Source of the DNA: a cyanobacterium endosymbiont of Braarudosphaera bigelowii
GTDB lineage: Bacteria > Cyanobacteriota > Cyanobacteriia > Cyanobacteriales > Microcystaceae
Direction: 5' to 3'
Assembly (NCBI RefSeq): GCF_020885515.1
Contig: NZ_AP024987.1
Location: 1,140,001-1,172,000, forward strand
Length of the DNA stretch: 32,000 bases
Within the stretch, counting starts at the first letter, position 1; the number at the start of each line of letters is the position of its first letter. Below are positions 1 through 9,251 of this stretch, in pieces. The notes under the pieces are model-generated. The model worked only from the letters and a program-made list of their open reading frames with translations, was not told the DNA's origin and made no database searches. Made by a program: the position numbers and the translations under genes.

Positions 1-2
1 AT

Positions 3-83
3 AACTCAATCTTTTACGAAGCAAAATTTCATTTTATTCCTGATGTCTGTTTTCTGGAAGTTAATGTTTTGGATGAAAAATGA
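3..83 (+). CDS. Possible C-terminal end of an upstream gene truncated by the window start (...NSIFYEAKFHFIPDVCFLEVNVLDEK*)
   Basis: Frame 3 is open from the window edge to TGA at 81-83 and reads as protein-like sequence. It overlaps the start of the frame-1 ORF. No family recognised. Confidence 0.4.
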   Translation, partial: NSIFYEAKFHFIPDVCFLEVNVLDEK

Positions 84-825
84 ATCATTAGCTATGAATC
101 TTAATTTTTGTGGGGAACTATCTGACATATCTTTAAGTTCAGAGAAATTGTTAAAAAAAATACCAAGGTCTATAGTTAAAGATCATAACGGAAACACAAA
201 GTTTTCCTTTTATTTTTTAATAGGCAAGATGGTTCAAAAGTGGAAAGGATATCTGCAAAAAAAAAGTTATCAATCCCTTAGAATTCAAAGTAATCAATTT
301 TCTTTAAAGTTTCTCGTATATACGACTATATATTATTTTTTAAGCCGAATCCTATCCAATAAATATTTAAGGCATAGTCTAAAACAAAAGAAGATAAAAC
401 TATATGAAACGAAAAATAATGAAAATAATTATAAGTGGTCTTCTTGGAACGAAACATCTAGTAAATTTATATCTCTAGAAAAATATCCATCACGGCCATA
501 TAGTTCTATAGTATTGTCTAATAATAATAATTCATTTCATAATTTATTTTATGATTATGAACTAGAAAAACATAAAGCAAATTATCTAGATATTAATCGA
601 GCTTCCCAAAAGCCCATAAGTAGTCATTTGATTCCTAAAATAAAGAAAGATAAACAAGAAGAATTTACAGGAAATATTACAGAAGTAGGAATAAAATCTG
701 GAGAATATATTAAACATCCTCTAATTAGAATTTTAGAGCTGCTAGATATAATTTTTTATTGGATAGAAAAGCTAATGATAAAAATATGGAAAATAGTGCT
801 CAGAATACTTAATTACAAAAAGTAA
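73..825 (+). CDS. Hypothetical protein, likely cyanobacterial; C-terminus rich in hydrophobic and aromatic residues
   Basis: Frame-1 ORF listed from 43, but open from base 1. Internal ATGs at 73 and 94 are better start candidates because frame 3 looks coding up to 83. No recognised domain. Confidence 0.6.
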   Translation: MKNESLAMNLNFCGELSDISLSSEKLLKKIPRSIVKDHNGNTKFSFYFLIGKMVQKWKGYLQKKSYQSLRIQSNQFSLKFLVYTTIYYFLSRILSNKYLRHSLKQKKIKLYETKNNENNYKWSSWNETSSKFISLEKYPSRPYSSIVLSNNNNSFHNLFYDYELEKHKANYLDINRASQKPISSHLIPKIKKDKQEEFTGNITEVGIKSGEYIKHPLIRILELLDIIFYWIEKLMIKIWKIVLRILNYKK

Positions 826-978
826 AAAAATATAATCAAAAAATAAGGTATGCTTATTATGAACATAAAGATAATGAATTGTAATCTTTATTAAATTTTA
901 TTGAATAGTATATACCTAGGTAATTAAACCCAGCTTAGAGGATGAAAGTAAAAAAGTATGCCTTATTATGGCTCTTCC

Positions 979-1037
979 CCTAACTAATAAATGTTCATAA
1001 TATTCAACATTAATATTATGAACATTTATTAGTTAGG
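979..1037. repeat. Perfect inverted repeat (26-bp arms, 7-nt loop), probable transcript-end hairpin between convergent genes
   Basis: CCTAACTAATAAATGTTCATAATATT (979-1004), loop CAACATT, then AATATTATGAACATTTATTAGTTAGG (1012-1037). The right arm contains the ycf34 stop codon. Confidence 0.85.
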
Positions 1038-1277
1038 AATAGGTAATCCTGGACATAAACGAATCCATTTTCCTGTTTCTTCCAGAAAACTCTTGCAGCT
1101 TACAATATCCCATTCTATTTCAATATATTCATCCTTTGGACGAATATTTACATTAATATCAGCTTGTATAGGGTTAAAAGATGGTTTATCAGTTAAATGG
1201 GATTGTTGGTGCTGTTCTTCAACTGCATGATAAGTTTGACAAACGTCAACATAATGACAGTTAACACAAATACACAT
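1029..1277 (-). CDS. ycf34: Ycf34 family protein
   Basis: MCICVNCHYVDVCQTYHAVEEQHQ matches the characteristic Cys-rich Ycf34 N-terminus. Typical small size (82 aa). Confidence 0.9.
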   Translation of the reverse strand: MCICVNCHYVDVCQTYHAVEEQHQQSHLTDKPSFNPIQADINVNIRPKDEYIEIEWDIVSCKSFLEETGKWIRLCPGLPIPN

Positions 1278-1361
1278 ACTTTTTCTCTATAATTTATACT
1301 AACTTAGCGTAAATTAAGAAGACTCGACTAACTTCTAAAATTTGCTCTTATATTGTAAAAA

Positions 1362-2618
1362 ATGAGGCAGAAAACAGTTCTAAATTTATCTCCAAATATA
1401 CTACCTTTTAAATTAGATATCTTGCCATCTACAGCTTATTTAGTAGGAGGAGCAGTAAGGAATATACTGTTAAGTTCCGAACAAGATTATATCGACTTAG
1501 ATATAATCCTACCAAATTTTGTTCCTAAAATAGCAAAAAATATTGCCCACAGTTATCATGTGAATTTTATTATTTTAGATTCGAAAAGAAGTATTATCAG
1601 AATTATTTTCAGGGAAGGAACTATTGATTTAGCAAAACAAAATGGAAACAATATAGATAAAGACTTACAGCAAAGAGATTTTACTATTAATGCAATTGCC
1701 TACAGTTTTCATAAACAGCAAATAATTGATTCTTCAGAAGGTTTAAGAGATTTACAGCTCAAAACCATTAGAATGATTAACGTTAAAAACCTTCAAGATG
1801 ATCCTCTAAGATTAATACGTGCCTATAGACAAGCTTCTCAATTAAATTTCATTATCGAGACTAAAACACGTCATGCAATTAAAAAATTGTCTTCTTGTAT
1901 TTCTCAGGTTGCTGTAGAAAGAATACAAACAGAACTAAGCTATTTATTGCAAAATTTTAATGGTAATGATTGGTTAATTGAAATGAAGAAAGATAATCTA
2001 TTACGATTTGTCTTTTCTGATTTAAACCAAAATAATTTATGCTATCTAAAACAAGTTAATCGCAAAGTTTTACTGTTAATAAATAAGTTAAAATATAATG
2101 AGCTTAAAGTTCTTTTTGGCTTTAATGATATCCGAGATATTTATAATAATACATTAGTTAAGAAAGTAAAACTTTTATGTTTATTATCTCAAAATCCTGA
2201 AATAGCTACTCGACAGCTCACATATTTGAAATATCCTAAGAATGCTATAAAGATATTACCTCTAATTTTAGAAAAGACTTTATTAATCGGAAAGGAGAAA
2301 AATCTTCAGAAAGAAATTTATTCTATTTTTTTAGAAACAGGTAAAAATTTCCCTGTTTTTGCTTTATTTTCTTTAGTCAAAAATATAAATAATGAACTTA
2401 TCTTTGAGTTGATTTATCGTTATTTAAATCCTCATGATAAACTAGCTCATCCACACTCTCTAATAACAGGCCATGATTTAATTACACATCTAAAAATTAA
2501 ACAAGGACAACAAATAGGAAAAATATTAAATTATATTCGAATCGCTTACATTGAAGAAAAAATATTTACAAAAAAAGAAGCTTTAGATCTAGCAGAAAAG
2601 ATACATAGCACAATGTAG
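1362..2618 (+). CDS. cca: CCA tRNA nucleotidyltransferase / poly(A) polymerase family
   Basis: Class II nucleotidyltransferase signature LVGGAVRNILL...DLDIIL, then QQRDFTINAIAYSF and DPLRLIRAYRQASQLNF. Confidence 0.88.
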   Translation: MRQKTVLNLSPNILPFKLDILPSTAYLVGGAVRNILLSSEQDYIDLDIILPNFVPKIAKNIAHSYHVNFIILDSKRSIIRIIFREGTIDLAKQNGNNIDKDLQQRDFTINAIAYSFHKQQIIDSSEGLRDLQLKTIRMINVKNLQDDPLRLIRAYRQASQLNFIIETKTRHAIKKLSSCISQVAVERIQTELSYLLQNFNGNDWLIEMKKDNLLRFVFSDLNQNNLCYLKQVNRKVLLLINKLKYNELKVLFGFNDIRDIYNNTLVKKVKLLCLLSQNPEIATRQLTYLKYPKNAIKILPLILEKTLLIGKEKNLQKEIYSIFLETGKNFPVFALFSLVKNINNELIFELIYRYLNPHDKLAHPHSLITGHDLITHLKIKQGQQIGKILNYIRIAYIEEKIFTKKEALDLAEKIHSTM

Positions 2619-2711
2619 GTTATATATAGGCTTATTTTTTGTATATATCGTAATAGTTATAATTGTATTAAGTATAAATTCATACTTTAATAGCTGATAT
2701 GTTTCTTACCA

Positions 2712-2763
2712 TATCAATTCCTGAAGAAGAATATTACGTATATCTCTTCTTCAGGAATTGATA
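2712..2763. repeat. Perfect inverted repeat (19-bp arms, 14-nt loop), possible cca terminator
   Basis: TATCAATTCCTGAAGAAGA (2712-2730) and TCTTCTTCAGGAATTGATA (2745-2763). Confidence 0.8.
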
Positions 2764-2799
2764 GTATTATGCGTATTACTCTTTAATAAATTTATTTTC

Positions 2800-3357
2800 A
2801 TGATGTATGCATCTCTAAAGCTCTCTATTCCTCAAAATGATAAAATTAATGAGCTTGTCTCTTTAGATAAAATTTGCCTAGGAGGCCTCTGGACAATAGA
2901 CAACTATGCAAGAGAACTACAGAGTCCGAATAGTCATTTCCTAGTTTTATCTACAAATTCAACGAATTCAATAATTGGATGTGGATGTTTTTGGAGAATT
3001 CTAGAAGAAGCACATATTACATTATTGATGATTGATCCAAAATATCAAGGTCAAGGTTTAGGCCAATTATTATTATATAGTCTCTTAAAAGACGCTGTTT
3101 CAAGTCAATTAGAACATGCGACTCTAGAAGTCCGTGCTTCTAATAGATCTGCTATTTGTTTATATGAAAAATTTGGATTTAAAATTGCTGGAAGACGCAA
3201 AGAATATTATAAAAAAACTAAAGAAGATGCTTTGATTTTTTGGAAAAGTGATTTAAATCATCCTATCTTTCAGAAAGAATTATCCTTCTGGAAGAAATTA
3301 ATTCATAGACGTTTAATAGATAATTGCTATCTTCCTCCAGATCTTATTAGCTATTAA
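2800..3357 (+). CDS. rimI: Ribosomal protein S18 alanine N-acetyltransferase (GNAT family)
   Basis: GNAT motifs: LLMIDPKYQGQGLGQLLLYSLLKDA, LEVRASNRSAICLYEKFGFKIAGRRKEYY. The ORF track starts at a TTG at 2758 inside the hairpin arm; ATG at 2800 or 2803 is more likely. Confidence 0.85.
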   Translation: MMYASLKLSIPQNDKINELVSLDKICLGGLWTIDNYARELQSPNSHFLVLSTNSTNSIIGCGCFWRILEEAHITLLMIDPKYQGQGLGQLLLYSLLKDAVSSQLEHATLEVRASNRSAICLYEKFGFKIAGRRKEYYKKTKEDALIFWKSDLNHPIFQKELSFWKKLIHRRLIDNCYLPPDLISY

Positions 3358-3544
3358 TTTTAAAGTTACAAACTTCTACATTTTTATTATGAAGAAGTTA
3401 TGATTTCAGTTATTAACAATCACTATATTCTTTGTTAATGATTTGTCAAAGAATATATATCAAGTCCTATAAATTGTATTAAAAATCCCTTTTGAATCAT
3501 ATGACGAAAGTTTTCTTTTCACTTAATAATAAATTGAATTTTTT

Positions 3545-3558
3545 GTAATATACATTAC
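3545..3558. promoter_or_regulatory. NtcA-like GTA-N8-TAC palindrome, tentative
   Basis: TTGTAATATACATTACAA contains GTA-ATATACAT-TAC. No well-spaced -10 box at the class II activator distance. Confidence 0.2.
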
Positions 3559-3714
3559 AATCGTATGACGTATACTGAGTTAATCGATTCAATTGAGCAA
3601 AAAATACGAAAGGCTAAGATATAGACTATTCATCTTAAATTATCTATGCTTATTAAATATTTTTTACAAGATAAGTTATGAAATTTAAAATTCTAAACAT
3701 TGACCCTGAAAACT

Positions 3715-3750
3715 TGTTAAGTAAATGATATATGTTAAGTAAATGATATA
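3715..3750. repeat. Tandem duplication of an 18-bp unit upstream of pdhB
   Basis: Copies at 3715-3732 and 3733-3750, each TGTTAAGTAAATGATATA. Confidence 0.85.
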
Positions 3751-3881
3751 AAGTTATAACAAAAACAAATTAACCTAATTATTCATATAGTAGATTAAAT
3801 TGATGGGATAAAGAAAAAACTTAAAGCCTAGTTTCTAATGATAGTATGACAAAAATAAATCTTCAACCTTAATATAAATTT

Positions 3882-4865
3882 ATGACAGAAACACTACTAT
3901 TTAACGCGTTACGTCAAGCTGTTGATGAAGAAATGGAACGAGATGATACAGTTCTTGTTTTAGGGGAAGATGTAGGTCATTATGGAGGCTCTTATAAAGT
4001 GACAAAAGATCTTTCTCAGAAATATGGAGAACTAAGAGTTCTAGATACTCCAATAGCTGAAAATAGTTTTATGGGAATGGCTGTTGGCGCTGCCATGGCA
4101 GGATTAAAACCTATCGTAGAAGGAATGAACATGGGTTTTTTATTGCTAGCTTTCAATCAAATTTCTAATAATGCAGGAATGTTAAGATATACTTCTGGTG
4201 GTAATTTTAAAATTCCCATAGTTATTCGTGGTCCTGGAGGCGTAGGAAGGCAATTAGGAGCTGAACATTCTCAACGTTTAGAAGCTTATTTTCATGCAGT
4301 TCCAGGACTCAAAATTGTTGCCTGTTCTACTCCATACAATGCTAAGGGACTACTTAAAGCGGCTATTCGAGACGAAAATCCTGTTCTTTTTTTTGAGCAT
4401 GTTTTGCTATATAATCTTAAAGAAGAACTTCCTGATGAAGAATACATCCTTGCTTTAGACAAAGCAGAAATCGTACGTTCTGGAGAAGATATAACTATTC
4501 TTACCTATTCTCGCATGCGACACCATTGTATACAGGCATTAAAAGAAATTGAGGAAGCAGGATATTCTCCTGAAATAATTGATTTAATTTCTCTTAAACC
4601 ATTTGATCTTGAGACTATTGGAAATTCAATTAGAAAAACTCATAAAGTTCTTATTGTAGAGGAATGCATGAAAACCAGTGGTATTGCAGCAGAGCTGATT
4701 GCTTTAATTACAGAAAATTTTTTTGATGAGTTAGATGCTCCTGTCGTACGTCTATCGTCTCAAGATATTCCAACGCCTTATAACGGAATGTTAGAAAAGT
4801 TGACAATAGTACAACCTTCTCAAATTGCTTCGTCAGTAGAAAAGATAATGAAACTGCATATTTAA
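3882..4865 (+). CDS. pdhB: Pyruvate dehydrogenase E1 component, beta subunit
   Basis: [44 protein letters not shown] and [27 protein letters not shown] are typical of cyanobacterial/plastid-type E1-beta. Confidence 0.95.
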   Translation: MTETLLFNALRQAVDEEMERDDTVLVLGEDVGHYGGSYKVTKDLSQKYGELRVLDTPIAENSFMGMAVGAAMAGLKPIVEGMNMGFLLLAFNQISNNAGMLRYTSGGNFKIPIVIRGPGGVGRQLGAEHSQRLEAYFHAVPGLKIVACSTPYNAKGLLKAAIRDENPVLFFEHVLLYNLKEELPDEEYILALDKAEIVRSGEDITILTYSRMRHHCIQALKEIEEAGYSPEIIDLISLKPFDLETIGNSIRKTHKVLIVEECMKTSGIAAELIALITENFFDELDAPVVRLSSQDIPTPYNGMLEKLTIVQPSQIASSVEKIMKLHI

Positions 4866-4885
4866 CGTTTTATTTTAACATAACT

Positions 4886-6298
4886 ATGAAACAACAACGT
4901 TTGTTGATCGTTTTTATTGTTGCTCTCTTAACCAGTGCAATTACCTTTCTCAATGTTATGCCTTTGCAACTAGGACTAGACCTTAAAGGCGGTAGTCAAT
5001 TAACTATACAGCTTAGGCCAACCAAAGATATTCAAAATATTGTTCAAGAAGATTTAGAGGCAGCAAAAACTGTTCTTGAGAATCGAGTTAATGGTTTAGG
5101 AGTAGCTGAACCTATTGTACAAACTTTAGGAAAAGATAAAATTGTTATCCAATTACCCGGAGTTACAAATCCAGAGCAAGCAGAAAGAGTACTAGGGGGA
5201 ACGGCACAATTAGATTTCCGTGAACAACGTCAAGGCACTGAAGGTCAGTTGAGTGCAGAATTTAGAATAAGACAACAAAAGAATATAGAATTAAGTACTC
5301 TTAGACAAAAAAAGACTAATCTAGAGACAAAACAACGTATTATTGAATTAACAAAATCAATAGATGTATCTAATCAAGCAATATTAAAATTATTTGATTC
5401 TGTTGGTTTATCAGGTAAGGATCTAAAAAATGCTCGTTATGGGCCAAGCCAAGGAATTGAATGGCAAGTGATTATCGACTTTGACAATGAAGGAGAAGGG
5501 AAGTTTGCCGATTTGACAAAAAAAGTTGCCGGTACTGGACGTAGTATTGGAATCTTCTTAGACAATATATTAATCAGTGCACCCATAGTTAGTCCTCAAT
5601 TTGCCGTCACAGGAATTACTGGAGGTAGTGCAGTAATTACAGGTAATTTTACTGCAGAAAGTGCTAATGAAATGGCTGTCCAACTACGAGGAGGTTCTTT
5701 ACCTTTTCCAGTACAAGTTGTTGAAAATAGAACTGTTGGTGCAACTCTCGGGCAAGATAGCGTCCGCCGGAGCATTTATGCTACGATAGCCGGCTTAATT
5801 CTTGTTTTAATTTTTATGATAATTTATTATCGTTTATCAGGAGCCTTGGCTAACATAGCTTTGCTAATTTACGCCACTTTAACTTTAACTTGTTATTCTC
5901 TGGTTGGAGTAACATTAACTTTACCTGGCATAGCAGGATTCATTTTAAGCATTGGTATGGCAGTAGACGCTAACATTTTAGTATTTGAGAGAATTCGTGA
6001 AGAGCTGCACAATGGAAAAACACTTTATGCTGGAGTAGAATCTGGTTTTTATCGTGCATTTTCTAGCATTCTAGATAGTAATATTACTACTTTAATCGCT
6101 TGTGGAGCTCTATTCGGTTTAGGATCTGGTTTGGTTAAAGGATTTGCTCTCACTTTAGCTATTGGAATATTAATTAGCATGTTTACAGCACTAACCTGCA
6201 CTCGTACCTTGTTATTAACTGCAGTTTTAAAATTTCCTCTTGTTAGAAAAAATCCTGAAATTTTTTGTCCTAATCTTTTAACAACCTCAAAATTTTAG
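4886..6298 (+). CDS. secD: Protein translocase subunit SecD
   Basis: LGLDLKGGSQLTIQL N-terminal motif, ENRVNGLGVAEPIVQ, and the RND-type region GSVRRSIYATIAG...GMAVDANILVFERIREE. Confidence 0.95.
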   Translation: MKQQRLLIVFIVALLTSAITFLNVMPLQLGLDLKGGSQLTIQLRPTKDIQNIVQEDLEAAKTVLENRVNGLGVAEPIVQTLGKDKIVIQLPGVTNPEQAERVLGGTAQLDFREQRQGTEGQLSAEFRIRQQKNIELSTLRQKKTNLETKQRIIELTKSIDVSNQAILKLFDSVGLSGKDLKNARYGPSQGIEWQVIIDFDNEGEGKFADLTKKVAGTGRSIGIFLDNILISAPIVSPQFAVTGITGGSAVITGNFTAESANEMAVQLRGGSLPFPVQVVENRTVGATLGQDSVRRSIYATIAGLILVLIFMIIYYRLSGALANIALLIYATLTLTCYSLVGVTLTLPGIAGFILSIGMAVDANILVFERIREELHNGKTLYAGVESGFYRAFSSILDSNITTLIACGALFGLGSGLVKGFALTLAIGILISMFTALTCTRTLLLTAVLKFPLVRKNPEIFCPNLLTTSKF

Positions 6299-6358
6299 GG
6301 AATTTTAGCATGCAAAATTTCACAGTTTTATTCTTTAGTACTTTTAAAATAGTTAATT

Positions 6359-7294
6359 ATGAAATTAAATATAATTAAATGGAGACGAGTATGGTGGCTC
6401 ATATCTTTAACAGTAATTATAAGTAGTATTGTTGGAATTATTATTTCGTACTCTAAATTTAATGCTCCTCTAAAATTAGGATTAGATTTTGTTGGAGGTA
6501 CCAGGCTTCAATTACAACTAGAATGTGAGACTGAAAAAAAATGTACTGTACCAATTGATACAAAAATAGTCCGAGATATTCTAACTACTAGAGATCTAAA
6601 TGATAATACTATTCAAGTCTTAGAAAATAACATTCTTTCTATCCAAACTAAACCACTTGATGTCGAACAAAGAACTGAGTTACAAAAAGAATTAAATGAT
6701 AGAGTTGGAAGTTTTAATTTTGAAACAATTCAAATAGATACTGTAGGACCGACTATTGGTTTGGAACTTTTTAAATCCGGAATTTTAGCCTTGTTAGCAT
6801 CTTTTCTAGGTATAGTTTTTTATTTAAGTATTCGCTTCAAGATTGATTATGCATTTTTTGCCATCCTAGCATTGGTACACGATGTTTTAATTACAGTTGG
6901 TTTCTTCTCTTATCTAGGATTATTTGCTTCAGTAGAGGTTAATAGCCTATTTTTAGTCTCTCTCTTAACTATAATAGGATTTTCTGTAAACGATACTGTT
7001 GTGATTTACGACCGTATTAGAGAAAACATAGATCGATTTGGTGAGGAGCTTTCTTTAAGCGAAATAGTAAACAATTCTGTGAATCAGACTTTATCACGCT
7101 CAATTAATACTACTGCTACAACCTTATTACCTCTTCTAAGTCTTTTCCTTTTTGGAGGAGAAACAATAAAATTTTTTGCTCTTGCTTTAATTTTAGGTTT
7201 TTCAGTAGGTTCTTATTCTAGTATTTTTATCGCAAGCACGTTACTTGCATGGTGGCGTGAGTCTAAGGTATCAAATATTAAATTAAAAAGTTAA
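6359..7294 (+). CDS. secF: Protein translocase subunit SecF
   Basis: LGLDFVGGTRLQLQL, DTVGPTIGLEL, GFSVNDTVVIYDRIREN; follows secD on the same strand. Confidence 0.95.
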   Translation: MKLNIIKWRRVWWLISLTVIISSIVGIIISYSKFNAPLKLGLDFVGGTRLQLQLECETEKKCTVPIDTKIVRDILTTRDLNDNTIQVLENNILSIQTKPLDVEQRTELQKELNDRVGSFNFETIQIDTVGPTIGLELFKSGILALLASFLGIVFYLSIRFKIDYAFFAILALVHDVLITVGFFSYLGLFASVEVNSLFLVSLLTIIGFSVNDTVVIYDRIRENIDRFGEELSLSEIVNNSVNQTLSRSINTTATTLLPLLSLFLFGGETIKFFALALILGFSVGSYSSIFIASTLLAWWRESKVSNIKLKS

Positions 7295-7706
7295 GTAAAA
7301 TCTTATCGCAAAACTTTACTTTATGAATTAGCAAGGATCAAATATCAGCAAATTAATAATAGAGAAAGTATTAAAATATATTTTCTTTACTATTAATTGT
7401 AAGTATCATGAATTTTTTCCGTAAATACACTTTAATACTTTAGAATATGTTGAAATTCTCTGCTATTTGGATTAAATGAATGCTTATTTATAGCTAACTA
7501 AAATCTTGTAGCCTGTAAATAGAATAACTTTAAATATATTTTCATGACTTAAATCTAGAAATTATGTTCACAATTTAGTTTCTCTAGAGATATTTCTTCT
7601 ATAGTTGTGTACATTAAAAAAACAATAATCATATAGTCAATCAACTATGTAATTTAAAAAAAAAAAGAATCATACAATTTCTGTGGAAAAAAGTAGATTT
7701 CTAGTA

Positions 7707-7712
7707 TATAAT
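7707..7712 (+). promoter_or_regulatory. Candidate -10 box (TATAAT) for tRNA-Ser(GGA)
   Basis: Perfect TATAAT 22 nt upstream of the mature tRNA 5' end; no strong -35 match. Confidence 0.4.
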
Positions 7713-7734
7713 AAGGATCGGCTTCGCATGATAA

Positions 7735-7821
7735 GGAGAGATGGCCGAGCGGTTGAAGGCGCAGCACTGGAAATGCTGTTTAGGGGTAACTTTAACGAGG
7801 GTTCGAATCCCTCTCTCTCCG
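7735..7821 (+). tRNA. tRNA-Ser (anticodon GGA)
   Basis: Acceptor stem GGAGAGA/TCTCTCC, anticodon arm CAGCA-CTGGAAA-TGCTG, long variable arm, TPsiC GGTTCGAATCC. CCA not encoded. Confidence 0.95.
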
Positions 7822-7898
7822 TTATTAATTCTATTTTAAGAAAAGATAGTTATTAAAGCAATATAAATTTCCTTCAATTACGCTGGTACTATAGGATT

Positions 7899-8942
7899 TT
7901 ATTGATAGAGTTTCATAGTTTCAGAAATTTTTAATCGGGATTGTACTTGAAGACTCCAGGAAGATCTACGACCTTTTGCCAAGTGATTAGCAGCAGCACA
8001 AGCTATCATAGCGGCATTGTCTGTACACAAATCAAAAGGAGGACAATAAAATTTTAAATTGTGTTTTTTAGCAGCCTTTGTGAGATGATTTCTCAAACCA
8101 CTATTAGCAGCGACTCCTCCGCCAATAGCAATACGATCTATGTTATGGTCAATAGCGCATTTAATTGTTTTTTTTGTTAGTGAACGAACTATCGTTTCTT
8201 GAAAACTTGCAGCTATATCAGCAACAGGCAAAAGACTATTCTGTTCTTTCTTGAACTTTTCTACTAGCCTTAAAACAGCTGTTTTGAGACCACTAAAGCT
8301 TGAATCATAAGGATGATAACCTCCTTGAGGTAAAGATATTCTACCTTCTGGTAGATTAAATTTCTTTGGATTACCGGTAGTCGCTAACTTATCAATAATT
8401 GGGCCGCCTGGATAACCCAAGTCCAATAATCGAGCTACTTTATCAAAAGCTTCTCCAGCAGCATCATCACGAGTCTTTCCTAATTCTTCATAAAATTCAT
8501 AATCTTTTACATGAATTAAACTAGTATGACCTCCTGAAACTAGTAAGCAGAGAAAGGGGGGTTCTAAGTCAGTTTTACATAAATAATTAGCATAAATATG
8601 GCCTTCTAAATGATGAATACCTAAAAATGGTTTGTCATGTATCATAGAAAGAGTTTTTGCAGCTGTTTCCCCTATGATTAAAGCTCCAACAAGTCCTGGG
8701 GCAACTGTTGCGGCAATTCCGTCAATTTCATTCCAATTTAGCTTTGCAATCTGTAGAGATTTTTCAATACAATAGTTAATATGTAGCAAATGTTCACGAG
8801 ATGCTACTTCAGGAACAATTCCCCCATAATGACTATGAAGTTCATTTTGACTAGCAACAACATTGCTACAAATTTTTTTATCGTTAACAATAGCTACGGA
8901 AGTATCATCACAACTAGTTTCAATTGCTAATATAGTTACCAT
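7899..8942 (-). CDS. tsaD: tRNA N6-adenosine threonylcarbamoyltransferase
   Basis: ILAIETSCDDTSVAIV, GGIVPEVASREHLLHI, HHLEGHIYAN, LVSGGHTSL, GGVAANSGLR. Confidence 0.95.
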   Translation of the reverse strand: MVTILAIETSCDDTSVAIVNDKKICSNVVASQNELHSHYGGIVPEVASREHLLHINYCIEKSLQIAKLNWNEIDGIAATVAPGLVGALIIGETAAKTLSMIHDKPFLGIHHLEGHIYANYLCKTDLEPPFLCLLVSGGHTSLIHVKDYEFYEELGKTRDDAAGEAFDKVARLLDLGYPGGPIIDKLATTGNPKKFNLPEGRISLPQGGYHPYDSSFSGLKTAVLRLVEKFKKEQNSLLPVADIAASFQETIVRSLTKKTIKCAIDHNIDRIAIGGGVAANSGLRNHLTKAAKKHNLKFYCPPFDLCTDNAAMIACAAANHLAKGRRSSWSLQVQSRLKISETMKLYQ

Positions 8943-9251
8943 AGTTATTCATATTATTTACTTTTTATATTACTTAAATAATAACTTAGAAAGTGTTAGT
9001 AGACTCTGAATATTTTTATTTTGCTTGTATAGTATTCTACATATCATTATTTTAGTAATATAAATTATATAAATAACGTAATTACTATTTTATTTTCAAT
9101 ACTTTTTGAAAATAAAACTCAGAAAAAACATAAATTTTCAAGTACTGCAGAGCTTTTAATAAATTATCAGTATGTAATGTGCAGAAAGAAGCAGAAGATA
9201 ATCAAAATATGTTGTTACACTTAGTAAAGAAAAATATCAGTTATTAAAATC

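Noticed and set aside
7295-7734. Possible small RNA or gene remnant between secF and tRNA-Ser
   Set aside because: AT-rich, no coding signature, and only weak short inverted repeats such as AAGTAAA/TTTACTT.
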